Part shown: in pieces, positions 1 through 9,829 of the stretch
Layout of the letters: every line of letters starts with the position of its first letter
Position numbering within the stretch: position 1 is the stretch's first letter
Source: an uncultured virus (IMG/VR IMGVR_UViG_3300042868_013265)
Taxonomy: Duplodnaviria; Heunggongvirae; Uroviricota; Caudoviricetes
Virus record (IMG/VR): IMGVR_UViG_3300042868_013265
Location: 1 to 64,000 of that record
Strand: one strand, 5' to 3'
Length of the DNA stretch: 64,000 nt
The notes under the pieces: model-generated
What the model saw: only the letters and a program-made list of their open reading frames with translations
Told to the model about the DNA's origin: nothing
The model's database searches: none
Translations under genes and position numbers: made by a program

Positions 1-96
1 ACCGAAGAGTGTTACGGTAACAGTAAACGGTAACAGGGTAAAGGAGGCTCTCAGGGAAAGGAAAAGGGGTAAATGGGGTACAAGTACCCCTTAAAC

Positions 97-120
97 AAAA
101 AAAGAGCCCCTCAGGGCTCC
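97..120 (-). terminator. Rho-independent terminator ending the minus-strand glycosylation operon
   Basis: Minus strand reads GGAGCCCTGAGGGGCTC followed by a T-run, just past the stop of 139..903. Confidence 0.7.
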
Positions 121-138
121 ATTTTCGTGTTTTTGAGG

Positions 139-903
139 TTAATCCGTCAGTTCGATGTTGAATTGATTCATAACCGTTTCAAACTTGTAGCGGTGAACAA
201 AATCATAACCACTGAATTCCCTGTCAAACTCATTTTCAATAAGTTCCTTCCAATTTTTATCACCGTGATGACCCCAAGAGGAAACTTTTTTGAGCATTTG
301 TAATTTGGTTTTGACCCAAGAGAAGTGATGCATAATTACCAATCCATTATACTCTTCATTTTCGATGCTTGGGATATTGTACAATTTGTAACTCCATCTT
401 TCTAACGGTGTGAAGAACAAATTTTCGGTCAATAAACTACGATGAGCAAGTAAACCGCAAATTTCATCTCTTTTCGCCCTATAAATAGGTTCTCTGAAAT
501 ACCAATGACACTTGAAATTTATCAAGGAATTGTATTTTAAATCGGCCTCTTGCAAATAATTGTACATCAAATTGCCGTCAGGTATTTCATCCGCATCTAA
601 AAACAATACGAACTCGCTGTGACTCAATTCAAGACCTTTATATCGCGCATAATTGTGATGATACTTGATATCATTGTTGGGTAAATAATCAAAAATATGA
701 TGCGTTACTCCCAAATGGCTCAAATCTTCAAGTTGATTGTCTATTTGACCGTTAAAATAATGAGAGCAAGAAATAATCACTATTTCATCAGAAAATATTT
801 GACATTGCTCAATAAGAGGCTTAATAAAGCACTTATCGTTACTGCAATATGAAATAACTACACTAATCATATATTCTAACCCAACCCCCTTGCAAACAAG
901 CAA
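139..903 (-). CDS. GT-A (GT2-like) glycosyltransferase
   Basis: ISVVISY N-terminal strand and LFLDADE DxD motif; true start may be the internal MISVVI. Confidence 0.75.
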   Translation of the reverse strand: MLVCKGVGLEYMISVVISYCSNDKCFIKPLIEQCQIFSDEIVIISCSHYFNGQIDNQLEDLSHLGVTHHIFDYLPNNDIKYHHNYARYKGLELSHSEFVLFLDADEIPDGNLMYNYLQEADLKYNSLINFKCHWYFREPIYRAKRDEICGLLAHRSLLTENLFFTPLERWSYKLYNIPSIENEEYNGLVIMHHFSWVKTKLQMLKKVSSWGHHGDKNWKELIENEFDREFSGYDFVHRYKFETVMNQFNIELTD

Positions 904-1574
904 ATGTTTTCATTTGATGGTAATTGATTATCGTGATTAACAAAGTCCAAATAATGATTACCAATTAAAATATTCATATCAATCTGATTATAAATTATCG
1001 ACGCGCAGGATTGGTCGTGTCGATGACCATTACATCTGACATCTTGACTTTCTGTTTGATTTATATTGCTGACTTTGCCATTAAAAATACCGTTTAGCAT
1101 AGATTCTTTCCAAGCGTCATAAAAAAAATTGCTTTTTTGATGTGTAAAATCCAAAGCAAAGAACTTGGTATCCAACATAGTCATATTCATTGTTTCGTCG
1201 CGTGTTAAATTGAAATAATTCAAAGCCCTGTCATTAGTCCAATTTCCAACTTTGAATCCTGAATCCATAAAAACATATCCATATTTATCAAGGGCTTCAA
1301 ATATTGGTCCCAAGTCCCTTACCACAAAAACAGAGCAATCTAACCATATAATTTGATTATATCCCATCGATAATAAATGTTCAAAACAATAAACTTTAAA
1401 TGCGTGTGAGTTATCTGCGTGCAAGGGTGCATTGACTTGACTTTCCGACTTGTACACGAAAAAATCTTCTTTACAATGACGCTGAAGGCTATTTTTTAAA
1501 CGAATTCTACCTTTGGTATAAAATCTACCATCTTTTCTTTTATCCGTGCCCAATGTGATTACAGCCCTTTTCAT
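876..1574 (-). CDS. Putative nucleotide-diphospho-sugar transferase
   Basis: IIWLDCS (DxD-like) and HRHDQS motifs; lies within the GT operon. Confidence 0.6.
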   Translation of the reverse strand: MKRAVITLGTDKRKDGRFYTKGRIRLKNSLQRHCKEDFFVYKSESQVNAPLHADNSHAFKVYCFEHLLSMGYNQIIWLDCSVFVVRDLGPIFEALDKYGYVFMDSGFKVGNWTNDRALNYFNLTRDETMNMTMLDTKFFALDFTHQKSNFFYDAWKESMLNGIFNGKVSNINQTESQDVRCNGHRHDQSCASIIYNQIDMNILIGNHYLDFVNHDNQLPSNENICLFARGLG

Positions 1575-2212
1575 AATATTTTTTTTTTTACATAAATGAC
1601 ATTTTCAGGATTTTTCAAGAACATAGCCATCCCGTATTTAATACATTCTGTATTTATTTGTTCTAAAAGTTCAAAATCGCTATTCCATTCAATACACAAG
1701 CATTCGCACCCCAATTGGTTTAAATCCATTTGACGAAGAAGATTTAAGTCAAAACCTTCGCAGTCAATACTGATAAAATCATATTTCAGGTGATTTTGAC
1801 TACGAAAGTCAAACCAAGTTATAAAATCGGCTTCGACCTCAATAAAAGGCACATCCTGTTTCCATTTTTCAATTTCTTCTTTGTCCAATGATGAATATAA
1901 TGCCACATCTTTACCATCCCTGTAAGCACCGCTTTCGTAAAAAGTTTGAGTTCCATTAAACATTGCAAATCCAAAATTGTGTAAACTAATATTCGGTTTA
2001 TTTGAATGTAATTTTTCAAGAAGAGTAAAGGCCCTCTTGCTTGGTTCGATAAGGGTACATTTCCATCCATTTTCAGCAAATAAAAGACTATTAGAGAATG
2101 TTTTGCCATCATTTGCTCCAATTTCTATCATTGTTCCAATACCTAATTTTTCAGGGTATTGGTTTTTGAAATAATTAAAAATTATTTCATCTTCATTATT
2201 TTGTGAGTACAT
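1571..2212 (-). CDS. FkbM-family SAM-dependent methyltransferase
   Basis: IEIGANDG, LIEP and ISIDCEG motifs. Confidence 0.85.
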   Translation of the reverse strand: MYSQNNEDEIIFNYFKNQYPEKLGIGTMIEIGANDGKTFSNSLLFAENGWKCTLIEPSKRAFTLLEKLHSNKPNISLHNFGFAMFNGTQTFYESGAYRDGKDVALYSSLDKEEIEKWKQDVPFIEVEADFITWFDFRSQNHLKYDFISIDCEGFDLNLLRQMDLNQLGCECLCIEWNSDFELLEQINTECIKYGMAMFLKNPENVIYVKKKIL

Positions 2213-2218
2213 ATTTAA

Positions 2219-2782
2219 TTATTTATGTGAAACGTATTTATAGTGATACAAGCAACCTTTAATCCTTGCTTCATTTTTACAAAAAGGCAATACTCTTTTA
2301 CTGTATTCCCTGTCTTCTCCGTATGTGATATCAGGGAATTTTGCTCTTAAAGCGTGCTCTCTTCTTATTGGGCTAATATGGTTTGGTGTTCTAAAATATT
2401 TGTTGTTTTCTTCATACCAATCTTTGCATTCAATACTTATCAACCAATCTTTTTGTTTCTCACCATCTGTGGTTATAATACCTTCAATGCCAATACAATC
2501 AACATATGGATGCTTCAGTATTGTGAAAAAAATCTTCTCCACGTAGTCATCAGAAACATCATCATCATCATCCACAAAAACAATGAATTTGCCGCGAGAC
2601 ATTTCTAAAAGAGCATTCCTCTTAGCCCCTGTCGTTAGGACATTGTTATTATGGGAACAAATTTCCACTTCGTTACAAAATACTCCCAAATCAAAACATT
2701 GATTATTCAATTTAGCCTTAATAGAATCAAACATTTCTTTCCTGTCGGGCATCGTACAAATCAGTATGCTCAAAGTTATCAT
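2219..2782 (-). CDS. GT2-family glycosyltransferase
   Basis: LSILICT, GAKRN, FVDDDD and GED motifs. Confidence 0.8.
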   Translation of the reverse strand: MITLSILICTMPDRKEMFDSIKAKLNNQCFDLGVFCNEVEICSHNNNVLTTGAKRNALLEMSRGKFIVFVDDDDDVSDDYVEKIFFTILKHPYVDCIGIEGIITTDGEKQKDWLISIECKDWYEENNKYFRTPNHISPIRREHALRAKFPDITYGEDREYSKRVLPFCKNEARIKGCLYHYKYVSHK

Positions 2783-3489
2783 AAGAATTTTTCCCTTTTA
2801 AACCTGAATACAACTTCTTCTTCATTGATGTAGAAATCTGCATCATACCTATCCAAGAACAAAGATTTACCTTGGTCCCAAGTTGAATCATTCTTTACAG
2901 CAATTTCATCTTTTTCCATAAGTCCTATGGTATGGTGATTGTGTTTAAAAACCTTATTAGTAAAATGCTGTAAGTCAATTATTTTGCCCAACATTTTTGC
3001 AACTACCGTCATTTCAGTATCACACCATAAGTGCTTATACTCAGGATAGTAAATGTATCCGAAACGGTTGTAATACTCTCTATCTAAAATCGGCAAAGTG
3101 ATAAGCCAATTGTTACCCAAATAACCGTCATTGGTTTTCACGATAAAATCGTGTTTCCCGTTAAGGTTCTCGTGCAAAAACTGATTCCAACCAAAGAACG
3201 CATCGAAATCATCGCTGACAACTACAAAAAGGTCTCCTTTTGCATTTTTGGCGGCTACGTTAACTGCATCAATTGCACTTCTGTTGGTATTGTATTGAAA
3301 TCTAACATCTTTGGCATTCCTGAATTCCCAATTGTACTGTTGCAAAGTAGGGTCATCATTGTCTACGGACAAGATATATTCAACCTCAGGAGGATTCACA
3401 GCGTTTGTCATCCACTTCTTGTAAGTCTCAAACGCCATTAATGGTCTTTGACGACTTGGGTGAATAATCGATATTGGTTTATTTTTCAT
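2779..3489 (-). CDS. GT2-like glycosyltransferase
   Basis: ISIIHPSR, VDNDD, VVSDDF and LWCD motifs. Confidence 0.75.
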   Translation of the reverse strand: MKNKPISIIHPSRQRPLMAFETYKKWMTNAVNPPEVEYILSVDNDDPTLQQYNWEFRNAKDVRFQYNTNRSAIDAVNVAAKNAKGDLFVVVSDDFDAFFGWNQFLHENLNGKHDFIVKTNDGYLGNNWLITLPILDREYYNRFGYIYYPEYKHLWCDTEMTVVAKMLGKIIDLQHFTNKVFKHNHHTIGLMEKDEIAVKNDSTWDQGKSLFLDRYDADFYINEEEVVFRFKREKFL

Positions 3490-3670
3490 ATGTGTTCAGT
3501 AAGATTTGTTCTATCTGTTGGGAATATTCGCGCCTTACGGCCTCTTCTTTGTTTGTAAGTGGGATTCCTTTTTTGATTTGAAAAGCAATCATTATTAAAT
3601 ATTTATTATCAATATAACCTGTATTAATAAAAATATTCCAAGAATATGAATTAATTATTCCCTCAGCCAT
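3479..3670 (-). CDS. Hypothetical protein
   Basis: ATG ORF overlapping both neighbours in the operon. Confidence 0.5.
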   Translation of the reverse strand: MAEGIINSYSWNIFINTGYIDNKYLIMIAFQIKKGIPLTNKEEAVRREYSQQIEQILLNTYEK

Positions 3671-4079
3671 ATATAATTAATTGTTTATTTTCAGCGTCAT
3701 AATGAAACCCATTTCCGCACCCATACATCACTATTTCTTCTTTTTGGGTCAAAATTCCACTTTCTCCTAAAATTTTTAAAGAATTAACTTGAAAGGTAAA
3801 ACTCATAAATAATCCGTTAACGGAAATCATTTCTGCCAACATATGAGTTGTTTTACATTGTTCGCAGAAAAAAATATTTCCAAAAATAAATGTACAAGAC
3901 CATTTATTTGCCAAGTCATAAATCACAACTCCATTCTCTTCAATGACTTCAGACTCTTTGACAACAAAATTTCTCGTTTCAAAAAGCGTCGCAAAATTTT
4001 CCAATGTGATGGTAGATTCGGATTCCATAATGGCAAAAGAAATTATTTTCCCCAATAAGATAACACTCAATTTTTCCAC
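3663..4079 (-). CDS. Hypothetical protein (CxxC)
   Basis: Coupled ORF within the operon; CEQC motif. Confidence 0.55.
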   Translation of the reverse strand: MEKLSVILLGKIISFAIMESESTITLENFATLFETRNFVVKESEVIEENGVVIYDLANKWSCTFIFGNIFFCEQCKTTHMLAEMISVNGLFMSFTFQVNSLKILGESGILTQKEEIVMYGCGNGFHYDAENKQLIIYG

Positions 4080-4900
4080 AAATTGATGGTTCTTAAATGA
4101 CCATCTCCGTGATATAAAACGAAAGATTTAAAACCAAAATTTTGACATTTTTGAATAAAATTTTCTTGAAAAATATCGAATTCAGGGGTGTGAGAATGGA
4201 ACTCCGCTGCTATACATACTAAACGCTGTAAAGCCGCGTCAGGCAAGGCCCCAAGTACCATTTCCTCTGCGCCTTCTATGTCAATTTTGAGGAAGTCCAC
4301 ATCGCCCCAAATTTTATCGCAAAAAATCGCGCGTATGTCAATGAGGGCGCAAGTTTCAGAATGAACCACATTTGCCAAAAACGGGTTAATTTTTGAGATT
4401 TGGCCACCACCGTTATGAGTATAATCTGTATGAATTTGAAAAGTGGTACTTTCAGATTTGTCCGAAACACCCAATTTGAATGTTTCAATAACATCGGGAG
4501 CAAACTGCGCATTTAATTCAAGACACCTATATGTGGGTGTCATTGGTTCAAAACAATATACTTTTTGCGCACCTCGTAAAACAGCGGCCCTCGCAAATGC
4601 TCCAATATTTGCTCCTATATCAAGGACTTTCATTCCTGAATCTATTCGGCAACCGTATCGTAAGTAATCACATCCCGTCGCATCAAATTGGGAATATGAA
4701 AAATTCTCGTGATAGAGATAGTTGTAAGAATCAAATTGTCCACTGTGATATTTTTCAACTGTGAAGTCTTTATCCTCTTCTTTTAAGTTTCTAAGTTGTA
4801 AGTGCCCTTCAGGGGTTAATGTTACAAAGTCGCCTTCTTGTAAGTTCCAAGGAGCAAATTGCTTTAAATATATCTTGTTCTTCATATGTGATAAATCCAT
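4067..4900 (-). CDS. FkbM-family methyltransferase
   Basis: VLDIGANIG, CFEP and LKIDIEGAE motifs. Confidence 0.88.
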   Translation of the reverse strand: MDLSHMKNKIYLKQFAPWNLQEGDFVTLTPEGHLQLRNLKEEDKDFTVEKYHSGQFDSYNYLYHENFSYSQFDATGCDYLRYGCRIDSGMKVLDIGANIGAFARAAVLRGAQKVYCFEPMTPTYRCLELNAQFAPDVIETFKLGVSDKSESTTFQIHTDYTHNGGGQISKINPFLANVVHSETCALIDIRAIFCDKIWGDVDFLKIDIEGAEEMVLGALPDAALQRLVCIAAEFHSHTPEFDIFQENFIQKCQNFGFKSFVLYHGDGHLRTINLWKN

Positions 4901-5805
4901 CCCTTTTTAAATATTTCTTTCAAAACCTGTTCCGCTGATATTTCTGAACTACAGCAAAACTCTTTTTCAGTTCCCTGATGCTTTGGGCACCAATACCAAT
5001 CACCCCTGTTAAAACTTATGCCATCGGTGGTCCAACAATGCCGACAATCCGAATTGCTTTCAATCCTTATGTGATTTTCGTTTGTGGGTCCAAATTCGTT
5101 TATGTCTTCTGCCCAAGGTGCAATCATAACAGTTTTTTTACCCATAGCCTTTGCCACCCAACTTAAACCACTTGATAAACCGATGTAGAATTCGCTGTGA
5201 GCGATTATATTCAAAACTTCGTCAAATGGTAAGCCAACTTTAATTACAGCGTGTTTGGGAGGCTCGTTCCAATTTGGGTCGACTCCAAAACCAAATTCTT
5301 TATCCACCATAACAGGAGTGACATCTATTTTACGCAACATATGACATAACTCGGCCCATCGTAATGAATATCTATTGTCCTTACGGTTTCCTGAATTCCA
5401 ATATTTTATTTGGGCTGTGGAATGGATACTAAAAGAAACGTATTTGTTTTGAATTGGACGATTCATTTCAGGGTACCAAATCTTTGGGTCAATGAAATCC
5501 CATTTGAATTCTGATTTAGGACATCCATTACCAAATAGTTGATAAGCAAAGCCCGCTTGAACGGGCATATCAAACAGGTAATCTAAGTATATGTCGGCAT
5601 TTATATCATCCACAAAATTTATTGTGGGATAAACGGGCTGCAGATATTTAATGAGCCAATGAGCACAGGAAAAATTCACAATGTCAAAAGGGCTGAATGC
5701 TTGATACTTTTCTACCACTGCTACACAGGCTAAAGTATCACCAAGAGCGTGAGTGTTACATTTTATGTTTTGGTATATCATTGGAAATAATGGCAAATTA
5801 TACAT
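4882..5805 (-). CDS. GT9-like / TibC-Aah-like (autotransporter heptosyltransferase-type) glycosyltransferase
   Basis: LGDTLA, IGLSSGLSWVAKAMG and C-terminal Cys cluster CRHCW...WYWCP...CSSEI. Confidence 0.7.
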   Translation of the reverse strand: MYNLPLFPMIYQNIKCNTHALGDTLACVAVVEKYQAFSPFDIVNFSCAHWLIKYLQPVYPTINFVDDINADIYLDYLFDMPVQAGFAYQLFGNGCPKSEFKWDFIDPKIWYPEMNRPIQNKYVSFSIHSTAQIKYWNSGNRKDNRYSLRWAELCHMLRKIDVTPVMVDKEFGFGVDPNWNEPPKHAVIKVGLPFDEVLNIIAHSEFYIGLSSGLSWVAKAMGKKTVMIAPWAEDINEFGPTNENHIRIESNSDCRHCWTTDGISFNRGDWYWCPKHQGTEKEFCCSSEISAEQVLKEIFKKGWIYHI

Positions 5806-5853
5806 TTTTGCCTTTTTGATGTTACGAAGATATACACAACACTTTAAGTAAAC

Positions 5854-5880
5854 AAAAAACCCCCTGAAAACGGGGGTTAA
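5854..5880 (-). terminator. Rho-independent terminator
   Basis: C-run/G-run stem with a T-run on the minus strand, downstream of 5962..6183. Confidence 0.6.
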
Positions 5881-5961
5881 CTAAACATATGTTTACATTT
5901 TACCATTTCGCATAAGTATATGCTTATCGATTGACCATAACCATTTAAATAGTTTTTTCAT

Positions 5962-6183
5962 TTAATCTCCTTTGAAAATTTCTTTGTTATCATCACCAAA
6001 ATTACGTGACTCTCGATGTTCATCAAAAGTTCGTTCTTTGAATTTTTGAATTACTACTCTAATCGCTTCGGTTATTTCTGAGGGTTTTGGTGGGGGAATT
6101 CCGTCACCTCGCCTCCAATCATTGTAATAAGCCAAAGTAATGATGGCTTCTTTCTCGGACATTGGTCGTGGGTTGTTTTTCAT
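5962..6183 (-). CDS. Hypothetical phage protein
   Basis: ATG ORF with YNDWRRG...PSEITEAI, a pattern typical of small phage proteins. Confidence 0.6.
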   Translation of the reverse strand: MKNNPRPMSEKEAIITLAYYNDWRRGDGIPPPKPSEITEAIRVVIQKFKERTFDEHRESRNFGDDNKEIFKGD

Positions 6184-6356
6184 TCTTCATCCCCTCCAAA
6201 ATTGGTTTTGGCATAATTGACTTCAATCGATTGAATTTCAGATGATATTTTCTCAATCATTTTAATCAACTCTCCTGTTGAATATTTGATTGCCGTGCCG
6301 TTGTCGTTGTCATCAATTTCAATTTCGGTGTCTTTGTGTTTAATCTTAATTTTCAT
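6180..6356 (-). CDS. Small hypothetical protein (58 aa, not in ORF track)
   Basis: Hand translation MKIKIKHKDTEIEIDDND...GGDEE; stop overlaps the next ATG. Confidence 0.55.
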   Translation of the reverse strand: MKIKIKHKDTEIEIDDNDNGTAIKYSTGELIKMIEKISSEIQSIEVNYAKTNFGGDEE

Positions 6357-6510
6357 TTAGCAAATCCTTTTTTGACTTTCGACGTTTAATTTTTCTTTCT
6401 TCTTGATACTCTTGATTTCTCAATTTTTTGCTTTTTGCTTTATTTTCAACAGTGTCTTGGGCCCTCAAATAAACCAAAAGGGCCCAATATATATCACCGT
6501 TTATGTTCAT
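6346..6510 (-). CDS. Small basic hypothetical protein (54 aa, not in ORF track)
   Basis: Hand translation MNINGDIYWALLVYLRAQD...; fills the gap between co-oriented genes. Confidence 0.45.
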   Translation of the reverse strand: MNINGDIYWALLVYLRAQDTVENKAKSKKLRNQEYQEERKIKRRKSKKDLLNEN

Positions 6511-6516
6511 CAATAA

Positions 6517-7113
6517 TTAATAAATTGCCCCCTGTATTTTTTGTAATTCCTGTTGGTGCAAATCAATATTGCTATTGACTTCATACAGAACTACAACCAA
6601 TCCACTACCTTTAATTTCAACGGATACATTTAAATTAGGGAACGAAGTCATATCGAACCAAAGGCTAATCCAACTTCCTTTTTCATTTTCAATCGCATTA
6701 AGTTCATAACCATCTCCTTCATAATATGGGGAACTGAAATATTCATATTTCTCCCCTATGACACCATATTTTGTTTGAAGTAATTCAACCATTGTTTCAT
6801 ATTTGGTTTTTGCAGATTGCCAAGAGACTCCTCCATCATAAAAAATGCTCACCTTTCTGACCTTTTTTGAAGTTATCGTGTGATACACGGTCAGGGTAAC
6901 ATTGTCATTAGCAAGTTTTCCTTTAAGGGATGTGTAACCCTTTTCAGTCTTATCGATGACGAAACCTTTGGCAACGAGCGCATTAACAACATAGTTTTTA
7001 TGTTGGTTTAATTCAATCCCGTAGAATGTTTGAGATTTTAATTCTTTCGGGGCGTAAAAGAAAGTGAATGCAATTAGGATGCATTGAACAACTGATAATT
7101 TGAGATTTTTCAT
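6517..7113 (-). CDS. Exported protein with signal peptide
   Basis: N-terminal hydrophobic segment then KS|QTF; Gln after the likely cleavage site is typical of Bacteroidota secreted proteins. Confidence 0.65.
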   Translation of the reverse strand: MKNLKLSVVQCILIAFTFFYAPKELKSQTFYGIELNQHKNYVVNALVAKGFVIDKTEKGYTSLKGKLANDNVTLTVYHTITSKKVRKVSIFYDGGVSWQSAKTKYETMVELLQTKYGVIGEKYEYFSSPYYEGDGYELNAIENEKGSWISLWFDMTSFPNLNVSVEIKGSGLVVVLYEVNSNIDLHQQELQKIQGAIY

Positions 7114-7116
7114 ATT

Positions 7117-7791
7117 TTATTTTATTTTGATTTGATTGACGTATTCAGGCAAAAGTTTGCGGAATGAGTATGACTGAACGAACTCTTTAAACATTTGCTC
7201 AAAAAACTCATACTGCTTGATTTTGTGCGAACGGAGAAGTGCAACAAAGTTTTCACCTAAATCTATAGGGTAATGGAATGCAAAAGATACTGTTTCGCGT
7301 TGCGTATTTTTTATACGTTCTGATTGTTTTATGCGGTCAAGAATCATATTCCTGTAACGCGGGCGGTCAAGTGCAATTAACATCATTGCTCGACACACTT
7401 CGGTAAGATTGAAACCTGATTCTTTGAGTTGTCGTGAAAACATTTTACCAATTGCAGGGTCTATATAAAGTTGAGTTCCCTTTTTGTTAATCCTGACTTT
7501 TTTGATGACTGATGGGTCAGGTTGAGATTCTTCCTGTGTGGATTCCGAAGATTCCTCTAATGTATTTTGACAATTGGCTTCTGCTGTGAGTTGAACATTC
7601 AAAATTGAATTGTTTGCCTGAAGTTGCTTAATTTCGGTCCTGAGCATAATGTTTTCTTCAATCAATTGACGATTGTAAATCATCATTTCCCTAATAATCA
7701 TAGGGGTTTCAGAATTCAAAGGTTCAGTTTCGTGATGGTTAATCCCAAATAAGGGGGATTTTCTGATTGGATGTTCCATAGTTTTGTTCAT
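7117..7791 (-). CDS. Coiled-coil protein, possibly DNA-binding
   Basis: 224-aa ORF with a heptad-like N-terminal region and basic C-terminal half. Confidence 0.6.
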   Translation of the reverse strand: MNKTMEHPIRKSPLFGINHHETEPLNSETPMIIREMMIYNRQLIEENIMLRTEIKQLQANNSILNVQLTAEANCQNTLEESSESTQEESQPDPSVIKKVRINKKGTQLYIDPAIGKMFSRQLKESGFNLTEVCRAMMLIALDRPRYRNMILDRIKQSERIKNTQRETVSFAFHYPIDLGENFVALLRSHKIKQYEFFEQMFKEFVQSYSFRKLLPEYVNQIKIK

Positions 7792-8159
7792 TGTGTGTTA
7801 TCTATTTGTGATTTCTATGCAATATTAAATAGGCTAATCGATTTGTGCAATGATGTTGATAAAAAATCTAATTGAATATTTGCAAATGGACCAAAATGTT
7901 TGTGAATGGTTGAAATGCATTTAGATTTTGATGATTGAACATAGAAAAAGTAAACTATTGGTTTTGAAAAATGTATTAGTGTAATGGATGATGTAATGCT
8001 ATTTGTAATACAATATGTTAATATAATCAGCAAGATATGATATTATTATGTAACGATGTATGTAACGGTCTTGGTAACGGTACAAAAAAGTTTACATTCA
8101 AGATAAATGTGCATAAACAAGAATTGTACTTTTGAAAAACTTAGCGTAAAATTGCACTT

Positions 8160-8375
8160 ATGGAAAATTCAACCTACGAAGAAATTTACAACATTGTAGA
8201 ATTTGCAATTGATGATGCTATTGTCGCTTACGATATTGACGAAAGACCAATTATGGATAAGGCGAAATTACACGACGTGATAACTGAAATAATTCAGAAA
8301 CGCGAAAAAGCCCTGAGAAAGAGGTTGAACAAGCAAATAAATGAAAGTGTAAAAAATATTTTGGAAAATAATTGA
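8160..8375 (+). CDS. Hypothetical protein
   Basis: ATG ORF downstream of a TACTTTTG -7 element at 8127..8134. Confidence 0.6.
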   Translation: MENSTYEEIYNIVEFAIDDAIVAYDIDERPIMDKAKLHDVITEIIQKREKALRKRLNKQINESVKNILENN

Positions 8376-8401
8376 CTTATTTCCTAAAATAATTATTTTT
8401 G
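8372..8401 (+). promoter_or_regulatory. Bacteroidota-type primary-sigma promoter
   Basis: TTG (8372) - 19 nt - TATTTTTG (8394..8401), matching TTG-N19-TAnnTTTG. Confidence 0.7.
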
Positions 8402-8421
8402 CCCTCACAACGATAACAACA

Positions 8422-8583
8422 ATGAGCATAATTGAGCCTTTTCCTGAAGGTTTTGACCAACAGGACCATTACGAAAAAATGTTTCACACGGATGACGAAG
8501 AGCAATTTTGTCACTGTGACATTAGTGAAGAATCACAGAATGAAGACGGTATTTGTGGTGTTTGCGGATTTAAATACGAATAA
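8422..8583 (+). CDS. Small zinc-ribbon-like protein (53 aa, not in ORF track)
   Basis: MSIIEPFPEG...CHC...CGVC; directly after the promoter. Confidence 0.55.
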   Translation: MSIIEPFPEGFDQQDHYEKMFHTDDEEQFCHCDISEESQNEDGICGVCGFKYE

Positions 8584-8601
8584 ATACGAATAAATACATA
8601 T

Positions 8602-8961
8602 ATGGAAACAATAACAACACAAACATTTTTACCAATCGTTGTCGGTCTTCTTTTGTTAATTGGACTGATTCGATTTCTTGCACAAAAGACTCAAAAGGAC
8701 TATTTGTATGAGCACTATGATTCCGATTACGACCCTGAAAAAGAATTAGGTATTGGAGCCTTTCAAAAACCGATTGAGCACAAAAACCAAAATTTAATCG
8801 TTTTGAAACACTTGGAAAACGGACTTATTGCGGATGACAAATTTGCCAAACAACACGGTATAAAAAAGTTGTCTGCTGTTGTGTCAACATTGAAAAAAAG
8901 AGGTCATAGTATTGATTACTTGAAAGAAGGAAGCGTTAAAGGATACGTTTTGAAAAAATAA
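8602..8961 (+). CDS. Membrane-anchored protein with a C-terminal winged-HTH-like domain
   Basis: N-terminal TM helix; VLKHL...GIKKLSAVVSTLKKRGHSI. Confidence 0.6.
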   Translation: METITTQTFLPIVVGLLLLIGLIRFLAQKTQKDYLYEHYDSDYDPEKELGIGAFQKPIEHKNQNLIVLKHLENGLIADDKFAKQHGIKKLSAVVSTLKKRGHSIDYLKEGSVKGYVLKK

Positions 8962-8964
8962 AAA

Positions 8965-9189
8965 ATGGCAATTACCAAATTAGCAAAATTGCTTATCCTG
9001 AAAGGGATGACGCAACAGGAATTATACAACCTTGTTCAGCAAAAAACGGGCAGGGCAATACAATTGTATCGCATTAGTACAATGGTGAACGGTAAACTTA
9101 CTGATTACAAGGTGAGCACTGCAAGGACTTTGGCAAAAGCATTAGAGGTGTCCACAGATGAAATAATTGAGGATAGTTTTGAAAATTAA
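8965..9189 (+). CDS. Cro/C1-type HTH regulator
   Basis: KGMTQQEL...ISTMVNG...TARTLAKALEVSTDEI. Confidence 0.8.
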   Translation: MAITKLAKLLILKGMTQQELYNLVQQKTGRAIQLYRISTMVNGKLTDYKVSTARTLAKALEVSTDEIIEDSFEN

Positions 9190-9829
9190 AGACTTTTTTA
9201 AAAGGGTAGTAAGTAAAGGTGAGCACTATATGTTGGTGTGGGTCATTGTATTTGCAAATCTTGATGAGTCAATTTCGCTATCTACTATCAGTCAAAAAGT
9301 AGGAATTTCCAAAACGCACGTATTCAGGATTATTAATTGGGGTATGGAAGTATTGAAAGAGTTGGGAGTGGAATGTCAATATGTGAGCGATACATTTGGA
9401 TTTACAGTGAGCGTTGGAAAAGCAGCGGTGAAATCAAATGAAATTATAAAAATCGCAGAAAAGTCGCAATCAATGCCGATACCAAAAAACAACGAAATGA
9501 TTACTCAAATCATCCTGTACCTAAATGAAAAAGCGAATAAGAATTACTCAGTAGAAGCAAAAGAGGCCAAAAGGTGTATTAATGCTCGCATCGCTGAGGG
9601 GTATTCTTTAAACGACTTTAAAAAAGTCATTGACATCAAAATAAGCAAGTGGTTTAACACACCACAGGAAGACTATTTAAGACCCATAACTTTATTCGGA
9701 ACCAAATTTAATTCGTATTTAAATGAAAGACCACAACACGAACAAATCACTCAGCAAAGTAACATCGCAAGAACAATCGCTGTCGCTAACAAAGTCGCAA
9801 GCGAACTTAGCGGTATGGACTCGGAATAG
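9167..9829 (+). CDS. Phage replication initiator / replisome organiser
   Basis: N-terminal HTH; C-terminal IILYLN...ARIAEGY...DFKKVID...YLRPITLFGTKFNSYLN, the conserved phage C-terminal domain. Confidence 0.75.
   Translation: MRIVLKIKDFFKRVVSKGEHYMLVWVIVFANLDESISLSTISQKVGISKTHVFRIINWGMEVLKELGVECQYVSDTFGFTVSVGKAAVKSNEIIKIAEKSQSMPIPKNNEMITQIILYLNEKANKNYSVEAKEAKRCINARIAEGYSLNDFKKVIDIKISKWFNTPQEDYLRPITLFGTKFNSYLNERPQHEQITQQSNIARTIAVANKVASELSGMDSE

Noticed and set aside
7815..8033. 72-aa minus-strand ORF
   Set aside because: TTG start in AT-rich intergenic DNA with no recognisable features
8571..8597. TAAATACGAA tandem repeat
   Set aside because: Only about 2.7 copies at a stop codon; likely slippage
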